This document shows, in pieces, positions 44,551 through 57,521 of a stretch of 64,000 bases of DNA. Below the pieces are notes generated by a model. That model saw only the letters and a list, made by a program, of their open reading frames with translations, ran no database searches and was not told the origin of the DNA. The number at the start of each line of letters is the position of its first letter. The stretch's first letter is position 1. Location of the stretch: NCBI GenBank assembly GCA_028534125.1, contig CM052817.1:16866001-16930000 (forward strand), given 5' to 3'. Made by a program: the position numbers and the translations under genes. Origin of the DNA: Lama glama. Its lineage: Eukaryota.

Positions 44551-45131
44551 TTTGCACCTGTGCGGAGGGGCTGAGGTGAGTCAGGGGCAAGTGCGTGGGC
44601 TTCTCGGAAGAAAGACCTTCCCAAGTTATAATGTGTTCCACTCCTGCCGAACAGTGAGATCTGCGTAGTGTCTGTGCTTCAGCCTTACTCAGACCGTGTT
44701 TCTCAGATTCCTGAACCTTCATACATCTCTTGCTGCAAGAGCTGATTTACAATTGACTGGCAACCCCGTGTGAAGTAGTGATGCCCCACTCCTTTTCTCC
44801 TTTGCACCACAGAATTTTTGGCCATAAAACTTATCACCCGCCTCCTAATATGGCAGGGTTTTGTTTATACAAACACTCACACACTTATGAATGTAAAACT
44901 CTAAAAGTCAGAGCCGTGGTTTTTGCTGCCCTATGCCTAGAAAAGTGCCCAGAATATAGTAAGGACTTAAAATTTTCTTTGGATATTGAATTAATGAATT
45001 GTCTTTACCATTCAGCAACCTAGCACTAAGTGCCTGAGATGAAGAAATGAAAAGGCAGAATCCCTGCTTTTGAATTCCTTGCAGTCTTCAACTTAGGTGA
45101 GCCTACAGTGATTCCTGACATCACTCTTACC

Positions 45132-45560
45132 CAATGGAGTGCTAGAGCCCATACTTGCTGCGAGAGCTGATTGTTAAATACTCAGTAGTTTTTTGTGAGC
45201 TGGTTTTTAAAATACAGCTCTTCTTTAAAATAAATTATGTAAATTTACAATGAAGTCAGTTATATTAAAAGCAAAAGTAATAGATACTCCAACTTATTTC
45301 CTAATTATTTTACTATTATCTCTGCTTTTGAGATTGTCTACTTCTATTGTATCTTTATGATGGAAAGAAGATATAATGATGTCCTACTGCACATCTCTTT
45401 CCATTTCCCTTTTTCATGGCATTATGTTTGTAGCTTGAAACTGGCCATGGTGGGAGTATTTACACCATGGAAATTAGCCAACTCTACAAATCAGGCCCCA
45501 GCCTCCCCCCTGCCATCCCACTTATGACTCAATTGCTTAACATATACAGAGTCACCACTG
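45132..45560. mobile_element. MER63-like hAT-Blackjack DNA transposon
   Basis: caatggagtgct...gagagctgattgttaaa...ggtgggagtatttacaccatggaaat...caccactg. Confidence 0.7.
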
Positions 45561-45729
45561 TTCCTATTGCATGTTCCCAGGGCATCCTGCCATTTATCAG
45601 CCACGACACTTGTCACAAGTGATTAACTTTCTGTCTTCCTCAACTAGACTATGAGCTCCTGCTTGACAAGGGCTATATTTGATAACTGTGTTCAAAGCAC
45701 AGCACTAAACAATATATAATAGATGCTCA

Positions 45730-48700
45730 ACAGCTTCCCCTTGCCAACAGCCTCCAATCAAGCACACCTGAACCTTTCCCCTTTTTACCATAAAGTTTTT
45801 CTCTCCCCTGCCTGCCTTTGAATCCGCCTAATGCAAGTGATGGTGACTAACTCTCTTACACTGGTAAGCTCTGAATAGTCTCTGTTTGTTACTTGGATGG
45901 TCTTCATTCATTTTCACAGTTTTCCTAGAGGCTCCATGGAGACAGGATCTGCACTATCCATCACTGCCAGCCTTCAGCCAGATGAGGTACTCACAGAGGC
46001 CCCGGTGCCTTGATGCCTGTGGCTGTCAAGTCTGTGCCAACATGGTAAGTCATTACTGAGTCTAAACCCCACTATCTTTATGTTGAATTCTTCAGCTGTT
46101 TATGTTTGGTACCCAGGTTTTGTTGTTGGTTCTCATTTGTTTGATATCCTTGGTGGAATCAGACTATTCCTTTTCACGTTTTTGGCTCTCTTTTGTACTT
46201 CTGTATTGTATTGTGCTGTCTGAAAGTATTATTTGTCATAAGAAGAAGAATCATAGGGTAGAACACAGGCATGGGGCCTATAAGCCTGCTGTCTGAGCCA
46301 GCCTCACAGACCAATGAGTTTGCAGTTCTTACAAGACCAGCATCCATTTGGACAAACTTTGTTGTGTCACCAATAAAACTGGATGAGGTTCTCCGTTCAT
46401 CTTGACTTTTTGTCCTGAAAGCTTGCCTTTGATCTAGAGGGAATTCATTCTAATTTTACACCTGCCAAGTGGCACAGATTGTTGGGTCTGTGTTCAGAGT
46501 GCTCTTGAAACATAAAGAGAACAAACATCACTTTCAACAAACCACTGCCAGCTCTCCTGGGGTTGTCTAAGCCTAAAACTTCTTCCTCTCCAGGAAAAAC
46601 AGCTGCTTCATTATGTGTATTCTCATTACAATCCTAATTCCGGTGGCTGGCTCCCTAAATGGCATAACTTCAGCAATGAGGATTTGGGCCCTCATTGGCC
46701 ACTCTGGGGAACATTTGCCTTGAATATATTCTTTATTTGATAGGCACCTTTGAAAAGAAAGGGAATGAAGATTTCTGAGGCCAAATGGGCAGCTGTGTTT
46801 GACTGGTATGCAGAGGCCTCCAAAGGAAATTCTGGTTCAAAAATAATTTCAGTAAAAGATTCTTTGGCCAAAGCCAATGAGCAACATAAGAAACTTAAGC
46901 AACGACAAACTAGATTCCTTTCCTAGTAAGTCCTCCCCATCCTTGTGCTCCAGTTGCTCCCCCAATATCCAGATGTCCCTCTTCCTCCTTAACCTTCTGA
47001 TCTCATCAACTCTTCCCTTCTCTTCCTCATGTCCAGACCCCCTACCTATTCCCAACAACTTTCCTAAGACTACAATATGCCGGTTCCCTCTGAAGATCTA
47101 GCCCTCCTTTGAGCCAGATCTATGGGCAACTATACAATGTAAACTTTGGACCCAAGATGAATTAAGAGCTGTAATTAAGAATCTCCCTACTCCCATACAA
47201 GACCAGCAACTGTTCATAGAAGGCTTTTAAATTCTTTCGTGTGTATGTGATTCAGGATTATCTAACCTATATCAACTTGTACATGTGTTGGTCAGAATCT
47301 CAGCTAAACCCTGGGTGGCAAAGCTGATTGGACTGACCCAGAAAGGGGGCGACAGGATCTCTCTTTCCATAATAAACCTCTCCAAAAAAGGACCCAAAGA
47401 AAAAGATTTGAAAAGCAGGGCAAAGTGTCTTAAAAGTAGTATCCCCAAACATTTCTAATAAAGTTATTGGACCATAATTTAATCATACAAACAAAATGAT
47501 AAAAATATAGAGAGTTTCACGATCTCCTAGGAAATACCTTCTGACAACATTTGGGAATTAAAGAAGGTGCCTTTCATCTCATTTTGTCAATGGAGTTAAA
47601 TGTGTAACTGGAAGCCTAATTCAAAGTGGGGTAGTCATTAGAATGGAAATTAGACCCTCTGCCTGAACTAAAACACCTATCAGAACAGTCTGAACAGTAA
47701 CAGTGAGACAGAATCCAAGATAAACTGTGATCTTGCAGACTCAACAGCCAAGTGGCCCTCTCCCCAGCAACTAATTTTGACAAGGTAGATGTTATAGATA
47801 AAAAGGACGCTGTAAAAAAAGAATATCCCATCTTATTAAAAAAACAAAAACAGAAACAAAAACAGAAAACCAAGACAAAGAAATTCCTTCAATTCTGATT
47901 AACAGTGGTGTTCTGAAAAAGGAAAACACTTTCAATATCATGACTTACCCTCTAATACTCAAGTTGAATAAATACAGATGGTCAGTGTAATCGATTCTCG
48001 GGAGATAGGGATGTTACCCTTACTACATTAAACCCCATTATCTTTGCTCAACCTCTTCCTCAGAGTAAGCATGTACACAAGTGTAAGTCCTTTCAAACAA
48101 CCCACAGATTTTTCCTATCTCCTAGCCCTTAAGTGTTAACATGAGCCCTTAATAAAAAACCATTCCATCCTGCTCTGTGATACCACCCCTGCAAATTTAA
48201 TAGGGGGAGACTTACTTTGCAAATGGAATTCTAATATTAAACACACAACAGAAAGACTATTTTTTTAAAGTTCCAGAGGACTCCTCTATTCATAATCAAG
48301 TTGTGTCTGTTCTGGATATACCTTTGCCTTCTCCATTATATTTGATGCATACCCCAGATAAAGGTCTTGACATCATCCATGACATTCTATGACTTCAAAC
48401 GTCCACTGACATAGAAAATCTAATCAGAACAGTAAATAGATCCTACCAAACTATTACCCAGACACCCCCAATATCCCTTGAAGCCAGAGGCAAAGAAGTG
48501 GTTCAAAGCTATAATTGAATGCCTTATATCCAAAGGTCTTCTCACATTCTGGACTAGCCTTTGTAAGACTCTGATCTTGCCAGTAAAGAAACCAAATGGA
48601 TAAGGATAGCAATGTTTTCAAGACCTCAGGACAATGAACAAAATTTTTGTCCTTCACTTCCCATTGGTACCTAACCCAAATACCATCTTGGCATCAATTC

Positions 48701-50035
48701 TTCCTGAAGCTACTTGCTTCACTGTAGTGAACCTTTGCTCTGTGTTTTTTGATGTGCCTCTAGCCCATATCTAGGGCAGTCAGTACCTTTTAGCCTTCAC
48801 TTGAGGAGGATAACAGTATACCCGGACAGTCATGCCCCAGGGATTCAGTGAAGCCCTCTCCTCTTTTTTTCAGTTCCTGAAACAAGTCTTAACAGATCTA
48901 AATTTCCCTTGTAATTGAGTTCTGATACAATGTGTAGATGGCGTCCTACTTTAGTTAAAGCATAAGAAAGCTTGTAAAGAGGATTCCATTTACTTGCTCT
49001 CAGCTTTAGAAGAAAAGGGACGTGAGGTTTCATCAGATAAATTGCAGTTTTTCCAAAGCACAGCCCATTATTTAGGTCACGGACTATCTAAGGAGGGAAA
49101 AGTGCTACCTCTTGACAGGCTGAAGACTATCCAGACTTACATTAGACCTCTCACCACATAACAGGATTTCTAGGTTTAACTGGATATTGCAAACAAATTT
49201 TTCTAGGATTGCAATGCCTCTTTATGAGTTGACTAAGTTCCCAGTAAGAGACCATCTCTTCTAGGAACCCAAATATGGAACAGACCCTCTATAACCTGAA
49301 GAAAGTTCTTCAGTAGCTTCATTAACTGGGCATTCCTAACTACAAAAACCTCTTTGGTCTATATGTGCATATGTGATCTGGACAAGCCGTTGGAGTTTTA
49401 ACTCAGCAGCATGGGAACCATCAAATACCTATTGCTTACTATAGCCATACCCTCAGCCTGGTTGCAAAGGTGTATCCCCCATGTCTTATAGCAATAGTTG
49501 CTGGAAAGAAAGAAAGAAAGAGACAGAGAGAGAGGGAGAGAGAAAGAAAGAGAGAAAGAAAGAAAGGAAAAAGAGAGGAAGGAAGGAAGAAAAAAGAGCG
49601 GAAGGAAGGAAGAAAGAAAGGAAGAGAAGAAAAACGTTGATGCTTCTATTGAACTAGTTTTAGTCTCCCTACTTGACCTTGACCTCTGGTTCCTCATACA
49701 GGACAGACATTACTGCTGGCTGAGAACATGTAACACTTTTCAGCCAGCTGATTAAGTGCCTATGATGTTGTTACTCTTATACTCTCACATTACTTTCTGT
49801 TCACCACTGCAGCACTGAATCTTGCCACTCTAGCAGAGGAAGGTGAACCTCAGGATTGTCTTACCTTTGCTAGGGAACATTCTGTACCTCTTCCAAGTGC
49901 ATTAGAAAGTCACACTGAGAACTGTAATCTAATATAATTTGTTGATAGCTCATATCACAAAACTGAAACTGGAGATTATCAAGCAGGATATACTATCAGT
50001 AATTTAAACACTCTTTTGGAATATAGCTATTCTGC
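45730..50035 (+). mobile_element. Decayed class I ERV (MER34-like 5' LTR, PBS, gag-pro-pol remnant), 3' truncated
   Basis: LTR ends in CA at 45918; PBS-Gln-like tagaggctccatggagac at 45926-45943; gag WPLWGTF; pro PANLIGGDLLCKW; RT motifs PVKKPNG, QDLRTMNK, VPNPNTIL, YTRTVMPQGFSE, IQCVDGVL (decayed YVDD); RNase H FVDSS; many stops and frameshifts. Confidence 0.88.
49504..49634 (+). repeat. GA-rich compound microsatellite (GAAA/GA/GGAA)
   Basis: About 130 nt of almost pure purine inside ERV pol. Confidence 0.95.
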
Positions 50036-50039
50036 TCCA

Positions 50040-52190
50040 AAACCAATAACCCCAGTATAACCATGAGAAATTATCAGGCAAACCCCAGTTGAGGAACATT
50101 CTAGAAAATACCTGACCAGTACTCCTCAAAACTGTTACAATCGTGGAAAAAAAATAAAATCTGAGAAATTGCTGTAGGACAAAGGAAACTGAGGAGATAA
50201 CGATAACTGAATGGATTGTGGTTTCCTGGATTGAGTCCTGGAACAGAAAGAGGACATTTGTGAGAAAAACCAGAGAAATCCAAATAAAAGTCTGAAGTAT
50301 GCTCAACAGTATGTGTCGACATTGGTTTATCAGATTTGACAAATGTATTACGGTAATATAAGATATTAACATTAGAAGAAGCTAGGTGAAGGATACATGG
50401 AACACTTTCTATCTCTATATATCTAAAATTATTTCAAAGATAAAAAGTTTATTTTTTAAAAAAATGAAGGAGATATTTTCAGACAAAAACAGAAAATTTT
50501 CAACAACAGAACACTACTAAAGGAGATGCTAAAGAGTATCCTTAAGGCAAAAATTACAAGGTTCTGGATGAGATATCAAAGATGCAAGAAGGGATAAGGA
50601 GCAACAAAAATGAGAAGTAAATATATGGATGAATCTAGGTTAATATTATCTATATAAAGAAATATAGGAATGTGTTGAGGGATTCAACTATATAGAGAAC
50701 TAAAGTACATGGTTGATATTTAAGTAGGGAGGAGCTAAACAGAATAAACAGAGTTAAAGTGTTCTGAGGGTTTTGTAATCATAGAGTGGCCCATGAACTT
50801 ACCAGAAAGCAGAATCTTGGCCCTCACCCCAGACTTACTAAATAAGAATTTTCATTTTAAGAAGACCCCTTATTCATATACACATTAAGATTTAAGAAAT
50901 GCTGTTACAAAGGGAATAAAAGTACCCATTGATATTAGATTTTTGGAAATCTAGAATTTACTTTATAATCTCCAGGGTAACCTATAAAGGATCCAAACAG
51001 TTGGGTAATTTCCAATCTAACATGTGGGAAAGTGGGATAATAAAAAACAATCAATACAAAATAAGGCAGTAAAGGAAGAAATAGAACAGGTAGGACACAT
51101 AGAAACTATATTAAATATAAGTGAGCTAAATATTCCCTTTAGAAGACAATAACTATTAGAGTAGATTTTTTGAAAGAATTATATGCTCTGTACTGAGTCC
51201 ACATCTAAAACAAAAGGCTATACAAAGATTTAAAATTGAAAACAAGAGAATGGGAAAAGATAAATCATGCAAATACTAACAAGAAGAAAATTGACATAGA
51301 TTTTTAATATTAGGCAAAGTAGACTTTAAGGTAAATGGCATTACTAAACATAAAGAGGAGTATTTCATAATGATGAGGTTCAGTTCACCAGGAAAATATA
51401 ATAATCCTAAATATGTATACACCTAATAACAATTTCAAAATGCATAAGTCAAAACTGACAAAAGAAAAAACAGATAAATCTATAGGCATTCTGAGATTAT
51501 TATAAAACATCTTTTAGGAACTAATAGAACAAGTTAACACAAAAAATTAGTAAAGACAGAGAAACACCATGTTTAGTAAACTTGACCTAATGGTTTTTCA
51601 TAGGGCTCTCTACCCAACAACTGTAGAGCTATACATTCTTTTCAAGGTCACAGGGAACATTTACCAGAATTGACTACATCATGAGGCATGAAATAAGACA
51701 ACAAATTACAGAGCAGTAAAATTATGTCCATCCTCTGACACAAATGCAACTAAGCTAAGAATCAATGACAGAAACAATTTTGGAAATTAAGCAATATTTG
51801 GAAATAAAGCAATATTCTAAGTAATCCATATGTCAAAGAAGATGTTGTAATATTAGAAAGTATTTTGAAATTAGAAAGTATTTTGAACTGAATGATAATA
51901 AAAATATCACATATCAAGACTTACAGGAAGCAGCTAACACCATGCTTAGCGAGAAACGTGACTAAAAGCAAAAGAAGAAGGAGAATGGAAGGGAAAATGC
52001 ATATAGTAGAAAAGAAAAAAAAAGGCTAAACCTTTCTCAGCTAAGATTTTTATCTCAAGAATTAGTACAAGAATAGAAAACAAACCTGCAGAAAATAGAA
52101 GGAAAGATATAATAAAGATAAGGCCAGAAATTACAGAAACAGAAAACAAAGAGAGATTAGCAATAGTGGTTTCTATGAAAAAACTAAAGG
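50040..52190 (+). mobile_element. Old L1 fragments (L1MC/MD-like 3' end, then L1M ORF1 end and ORF2 endonuclease region), with a MER5-like piece near 50770-50910
   Basis: aatacctgaccagtactcctcaaaactgt; aaagtagactttaagg...caggaaaatataataatcctaaatatgtatacacctaataac. Confidence 0.7.
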
Positions 52191-52471
52191 TGAGGTTGGA
52201 AGGAGGATCCAGGCCAGAGGCCAGGGAAACTGCAAGAACGCACTGTGTGGGGAGATGGATGTGCAGCCAGTGGTCAGGGAGGGAGAAAAGGGGCCGGATT
52301 TTCAATGGGGATTTAGAAGTGAAAAGTTGTACACTGTAGAGGAAACCCTCATCACCCACCTCCCTATGAAACACTTGGTAAAATACTCTTTGCTTGTTAA
52401 TCCACTGTGGGTTAGGATCTATTTGGGGGAGGCCTTGAAGCCCTAAATCCTGCTGTAAGCATGGGTACAGA

Positions 52472-53562
52472 TGAGACAGGATGGAAGGGGGCAGGGCACA
52501 ACCACTCAAGGAATGACAGCAATTTAACACCAGAATGGTGGCAGATTCAACTCCCGGTTGGCCTTAAGGATTAAGAGGTTTAACTTCTAGTAGACCTTGA
52601 GCTTCATTATATGCTCATTGTAACAGCGTGATCAAGTAACGTGCCCACAGGCGCCATGACAGCCCCAAGGCTAACCGCAAAAGGCCAAAGAATGGGCGGT
52701 GGTCCAATTCCTGGTAATCTTAGCCCCTTCCCCAGTGCAGTTGGAATGATCCCACCTGTAGGCATGTGAAGCTACTGAGAACACCATGCCTAGTGGGTTT
52801 TTTCCACTCCCTCCCCTTCAGAGATGGCCCACACTCTGTCTATGGAGTGTGTACCTACTTTTACTTTAACCTGAGCACCCAATTCCTACACCTCTTTCCT
52901 TGTCTTTCTCTTGCCTTACACTCTATGCAGTATGTATTTCTCTAAGTAAATCTGTTACGGAAACGACAGGCCAGTCAAGAAACAAGCACCACCCGGAGGG
53001 CTAGAGTACTCAGATGTATTACGCCGGCGGGCTCAGAGGGGCTCCTGCTCCGAAGCTCTGAGCACTTCCAAGACGTGCGCGTGAGGTTTTATAGGGTAAA
53101 GTACAAGCTTGGGGTATTAGGCCAATAGGCATGGAACAGCTTTAGCAGCATTATCATCACAAAAGTGGAGGCAGGGAGGCAGCAAACCAACATTCCAAAG
53201 CCAGATCTGTATCTTTGAAAACCCAGCTGGCTAGCAAAAAACATGAACAGCAAACCAACACTAATTAACCTAGATTTACAAGTTAGTCCAGCAGAACTCA
53301 GATCAGTATTCCAATACTTAGATTTGTGAGTTATCTTGTTAGCCCAGCCCAGCCTCTCCTTCACATTCCTAGACTTGTGAGTTATCTTGTTAGACCAGCC
53401 CGGCTTTTCCTTCACAAATCTACCTTTACTCAATGGTGGCTCGCACTTGAATTCTTGCCTGCGCGAAGCCAAGGGCCCACACCTGGTGGGGCACATCCCA
53501 GGGACTCAACCAAGACCTGGGACACAGCCCTCCTCATGCCTCACATCTGTTTTCCTGCATCA
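52472..53562 (+). mobile_element. MER41-like ERV1 solo LTR (about 620 bp without the nested insertion)
   Basis: TG...CA termini; 4-bp TSD CAGA (52468-52471 and 53563-53566); cccacaggcgccatgacag, actctgtctatggagt and ttgaattcttgcctgcgcga resemble MER41. Confidence 0.8.
52953..53416 (-). mobile_element. Young ERV1 solo LTR (464 bp) nested in the MER41-like LTR
   Basis: TGT...ACA termini; 4-bp TSD AATC (52949-52952 and 53417-53420); minus-strand TATAAAA; CpGs retained; about 51-bp U3 tandem repeat. Confidence 0.88.
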
Positions 53563-53619
53563 CAGAGAGAAATAAAGGCAGCTCAGACCCATCTGGTCCC
53601 TTCAGATACACATGCTGCT

Positions 53620-54700
53620 CTGAGGACTTAACCTGCAGTAGCTCATCCAATCCTCCCAGCAACGCTATTAGGCAGGTAGTGTTATCTTCACCCCATTTTA
53701 CAGCTGAAGAGGCTAAGGCTCAGAGAAGCCAGGTGAGACTGCAAGGTTAGTCAAGGGAAATAGCCAGGATTCTGACCGGGCTGTCTGTGCTCTTAACCAA
53801 CCCTCCTCCCCACACGCTTTCAGAGCCAAGAGGCAGTGCCTGGACCAGGCTTTAGGTAGGTAAACATGCAGCCGCAAAGTTGTGTCCGTGGGATGTGGAT
53901 GGAGCAACAAGAATATTGCCAGAAGGGGAGAAAGGACAGGTTACCAAAGAATTATTAGGTCTTAAAGCCTATTAAACTTTATGATCGGAAAAGACCCCAT
54001 CATATTGGTATCAGGATTCCTTGGTGCTGAGCCCGGATAGCACCTGAAAACCTAGAAGGCATCATAGGCTTCTGCACTCACAGCTCATCTATCAATAATC
54101 TTTTCATGCCTCACCCCATCCCTTTCTCTCCATCTTCCCCTCTGCCACCTAGTCCAGGCCTGTCATCAACCTTACACAACTGCAAATACAATCCAGACTC
54201 CTTATCTTGACCGACAGGCCCTCCAAGGTCTGGTCCCTGCTGACATAAAGTACTAGCCTCCTCCTCCTCTAGCCTGTGGGCTCCCATTCCACTGACCTCC
54301 TTGCAGACCCTGGAACACACCAAATTTTTCCTTTCCCAACTCAGGACCTACCCACATGCTGTGCCTGCTGCCTCAAATGATCTTCCCCTCCTCAGTTTGC
54401 ATGGTTGGCTCCTACTTTTCCTTCAGTGTAAATGTCACCTCCTCTGAGAAGCCTTCCCGGATCACCTTGTCTAGATAGGAACCTATTTTGAAGTAAATGC
54501 TCTATATGTTCACTTAAAATTCTCTTATGTGTTGGTTACTTGTAATGTCTAGAATGGAAGCTTCTGGAAGATGAGAACCTTGACTGTTTATTCACCTACT
54601 CTTCCTAAGCATTCACTGGCTGGCTCAGCTTCCTTCCTTAGCACAGTGTCTAGCATATGGTAAGCATTCACAAACAGTTTCGAATGAATAAATGATAAGA
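53620..54700. mobile_element. MIR and L2 fragments
   Basis: ccccattttacagctgaagaggctaaggctcagaga; aaatgtcacctcctctgagaagccttccc...tagcacagtgtctagcatatggtaagcattca. Confidence 0.6.
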
Positions 54701-55769
54701 ATGGGTCCCAAAGATGGCTTATCATTTGGTGGTTGCTGAATGAACCCAGATGTGGAGAGAAGCAAGTGAGCAGGGACCAGAGACAAATAGGTGACACCTC
54801 GTGTGATGCGGGTATTTCAAATTAAGGAGATATTTTTCAAAGACAGCTGCAAATAGGCAAATAATGACCACATCACTTTGTCATTCCACTCACATGTGTT
54901 CTAAAATGTTTAGGGTTGGGGAAATGACAAGTCTCACGAAGCATGGCAGGGTCTGGCTGTCATCAACCTCATTAAAGAGACCTCTTAAGCAATTTGAAGC
55001 AAAATAACTTCCACACCAATGTCAAGCTTCAAAGAGCAGTTGGAAAGAGGAAGTGAGGGAATAGTAGAATCAGTAAGTACGTTGTTTAGAAAAGTCTCCT
55101 TGTGGTTAAGAAAAAAAAGAGAAAAATGTGGTAATTACATTTTGCTAAGACTCAGAATTCAGAGAGCCTGGTCTCACCTTCATCTCTACTTCAGATGGGG
55201 AGAGATGAAATGAAAGTAGATGTGGATGTAGCAGAAGGTAATTTAAGGCCTTCCCCGGGATGAGTAAAGCAGTGCTCTCTCCAGAGGGAGGAGGAGTGGG
55301 TAGAGAAAGCTTCCTCCAAGCAGTAAAACTGTGAGGTAGTTACAGTTCCCCGGAAAAGCAGGAGCAGGAGGAAAGTGACAGGAGACCGTGAACTGGCCCG
55401 GAGCCTGGCGCCCGCTGACACTGGAAAGAGAGTTTCAGAGGCCCTTGACTTAGAGTGATGGCGGGCAGGGGAGCAGTGATAAAGGCAGTGGGTGGCTGGT
55501 GGTCAAGTAGTGGTGAGGAGGTGACCTCTGGAATCAGGCAGGTGGAGTTCAGAGCCTCGCTGGCTCCTCTTCTTCCTCCAGCATGAATATGTGCAAATTA
55601 CCCACCTCTCTAGACCCCAGCTCCTTCCTCTGTGAAAGGGACACAGTAATAGTGAAGGGAAGCCCATGATAGATGGAAAGGCCCAGCCCTGTGCTGGCAC
55701 AGAGGGAGCACGCAGCAAATGGGAGACCGGGATCTCCGCTGCTGCAGCTAGTTGTGGCCCGTGAGAGTG

Positions 55770-56440
55770 AATAAGTCACTTGACCCTAGATGTGGAGAGT
55801 GTGGACCAGCTGGCTCAGCCTCCTTCTCATGGGCCTTACCCAAAGCTGGACAACTGCAAACTACGTTCGCCGGACTCCCAACTAGCACTCTAGAAACAAA
55901 TTAAGTTTAGCCAATTAGATGTACTTGCCTGAGACGTAGAAGGTGGAGGGCATTTCCTGTTTTTTGTTTTGTTTTTTTTTTTTTAACTGTTTATTGTTAC
56001 TGAGAAGCAAAGAAGTAGAGATAGGAAATTTTTGGCCTTTCAGAGTCTATTCTCCAGCCTTCTTGGTGTCCAGAGGCAGAGGTAGTGTGGCTTTTTTTTT
56101 AATTGAAGTATAGTCAGTTTACAATGTTGTGTCAATTTCTGGTGTACAGCATAATGTTTCCATCATATTTATATATACATATAATCATTTTCATATTCTT
56201 TATCCAATGTGGCTTCCTCAGCTCTGGGTTCCTGACATCAATAGCCCTGGCAATGGCCCAGGAGCTGTTAGCTCCCCTGGTGGGTCAGTTCTGCAGTGTT
56301 CTAGGAGGCATTTCTAGAGGCCCAGTCTAGAGTCCACACCGCCAGACCTCCCAATGATTTTGTAACACCTTATTCCCTTCAGAGTTAAAATATCTCCAGC
56401 TATGTCTGCTTCCTGCACTCAGTCCTGACTGCTATACTGT
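55770..56440. mobile_element. Old ERVL-type LTR (LTR33-like) interrupted by a short L1 3' end at 56094-56207
   Basis: L1 tail ttttaattgaagtatagtcagtttacaatgttgtg with TSD TGTGGCTT (56086-56093 and 56208-56215); host family assignment is tentative. Confidence 0.55.
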
Positions 56441-57521
56441 TTGCATTTCTTTCCTCCACAATCTCTCAGTCTACCACATTTTTCACAAGTGAAAAAAAAT
56501 TTTATAGCATCATCCACTTCACCTGATAATATTCTTTTTCCTGAGTTATTCACGCCTACAGAAAGATTGACCAACTACCGCATCCCTAAGTAACTAAGCC
56601 TAAGGCATTGTCATCCACTGGTGACAGCTGTCCAAATTGCTATTGCGATGCTGGAGAGGGAATAATCAGAGTCAGAAGAACCAGAGTAGAGCAGTCTTGA
56701 CAATCCCAAACCAAGAAAGGGGAGCCCAATCAATACTGATGTATTTATGGAGTACTGAAAATGGAGATACTGAGAGAATAATTTCTCCACTGTTACTCAA
56801 GAGAGATGGAGCATTGATGACTCAATATGAGTCTTCCTGTCGGCTTGGCAGATTTAGCCTTTTTATTGAGAATGACTCACTATGCTTCATTGGTGACTGT
56901 ATTACTTAAAAATAGCCACTCCCTTTGCAATGGACTCAAATCCTTTTCAAAAGGAGGCAGGAAATAAACACACTCTGCAACCTTTTCATATTAATTTGGT
57001 TTTCCTATTGAGAAAAGATCATGCTGGCCATCTGACACCTGTGCTGGTATGCTTGTAACTTCTCTATCTCCCTAGACACTAATGAATTAGCATTCTAGAA
57101 TTTTCTTCAGCTTTTGTGAGTCTGGAATCATTTATCAATGATTCAGTTCTACAGAGCCTGAAAACTGTTGTACAGAGAACTGAGAACAATTTGTGAACCT
57201 CTAGATCTGAGTCAAAATCTGAGCTTATCTCTGTGAGAAAAGTCCATTAACCCTGAGACTTTCTTCTACCCCCAAAGCCTGACTTGCATTCCCAAGTGGA
57301 AAAACACACACTCTTTGCTCAATTCTTAATTATCTGCACATGGCTTATTCAAAATCATTTATTTTCATTCCATTAGGGCGCTAGTTGAAAAGGCCAGGCT
57401 CTTGAGTTCAAGAGATATGGGTTCAAATCCTGATCTTTGGCTTCTTGGCTCTGTAATCTTGGACAGGTTACTTTATTTCTCTGTGTTTCACTTTACTAAT
57501 CTGTAAAAGGAAGCAATAAGA

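Noticed and set aside
51946..52530. 194-aa minus-strand ORF
   Set aside because: Antisense to A-rich L1 sequence and crossing into an LTR; a compositional artefact.
53089..53496. 135-aa ORF with repeated GWxNKITHKS
   Set aside because: Translation of the U3 tandem repeat of the nested LTR.
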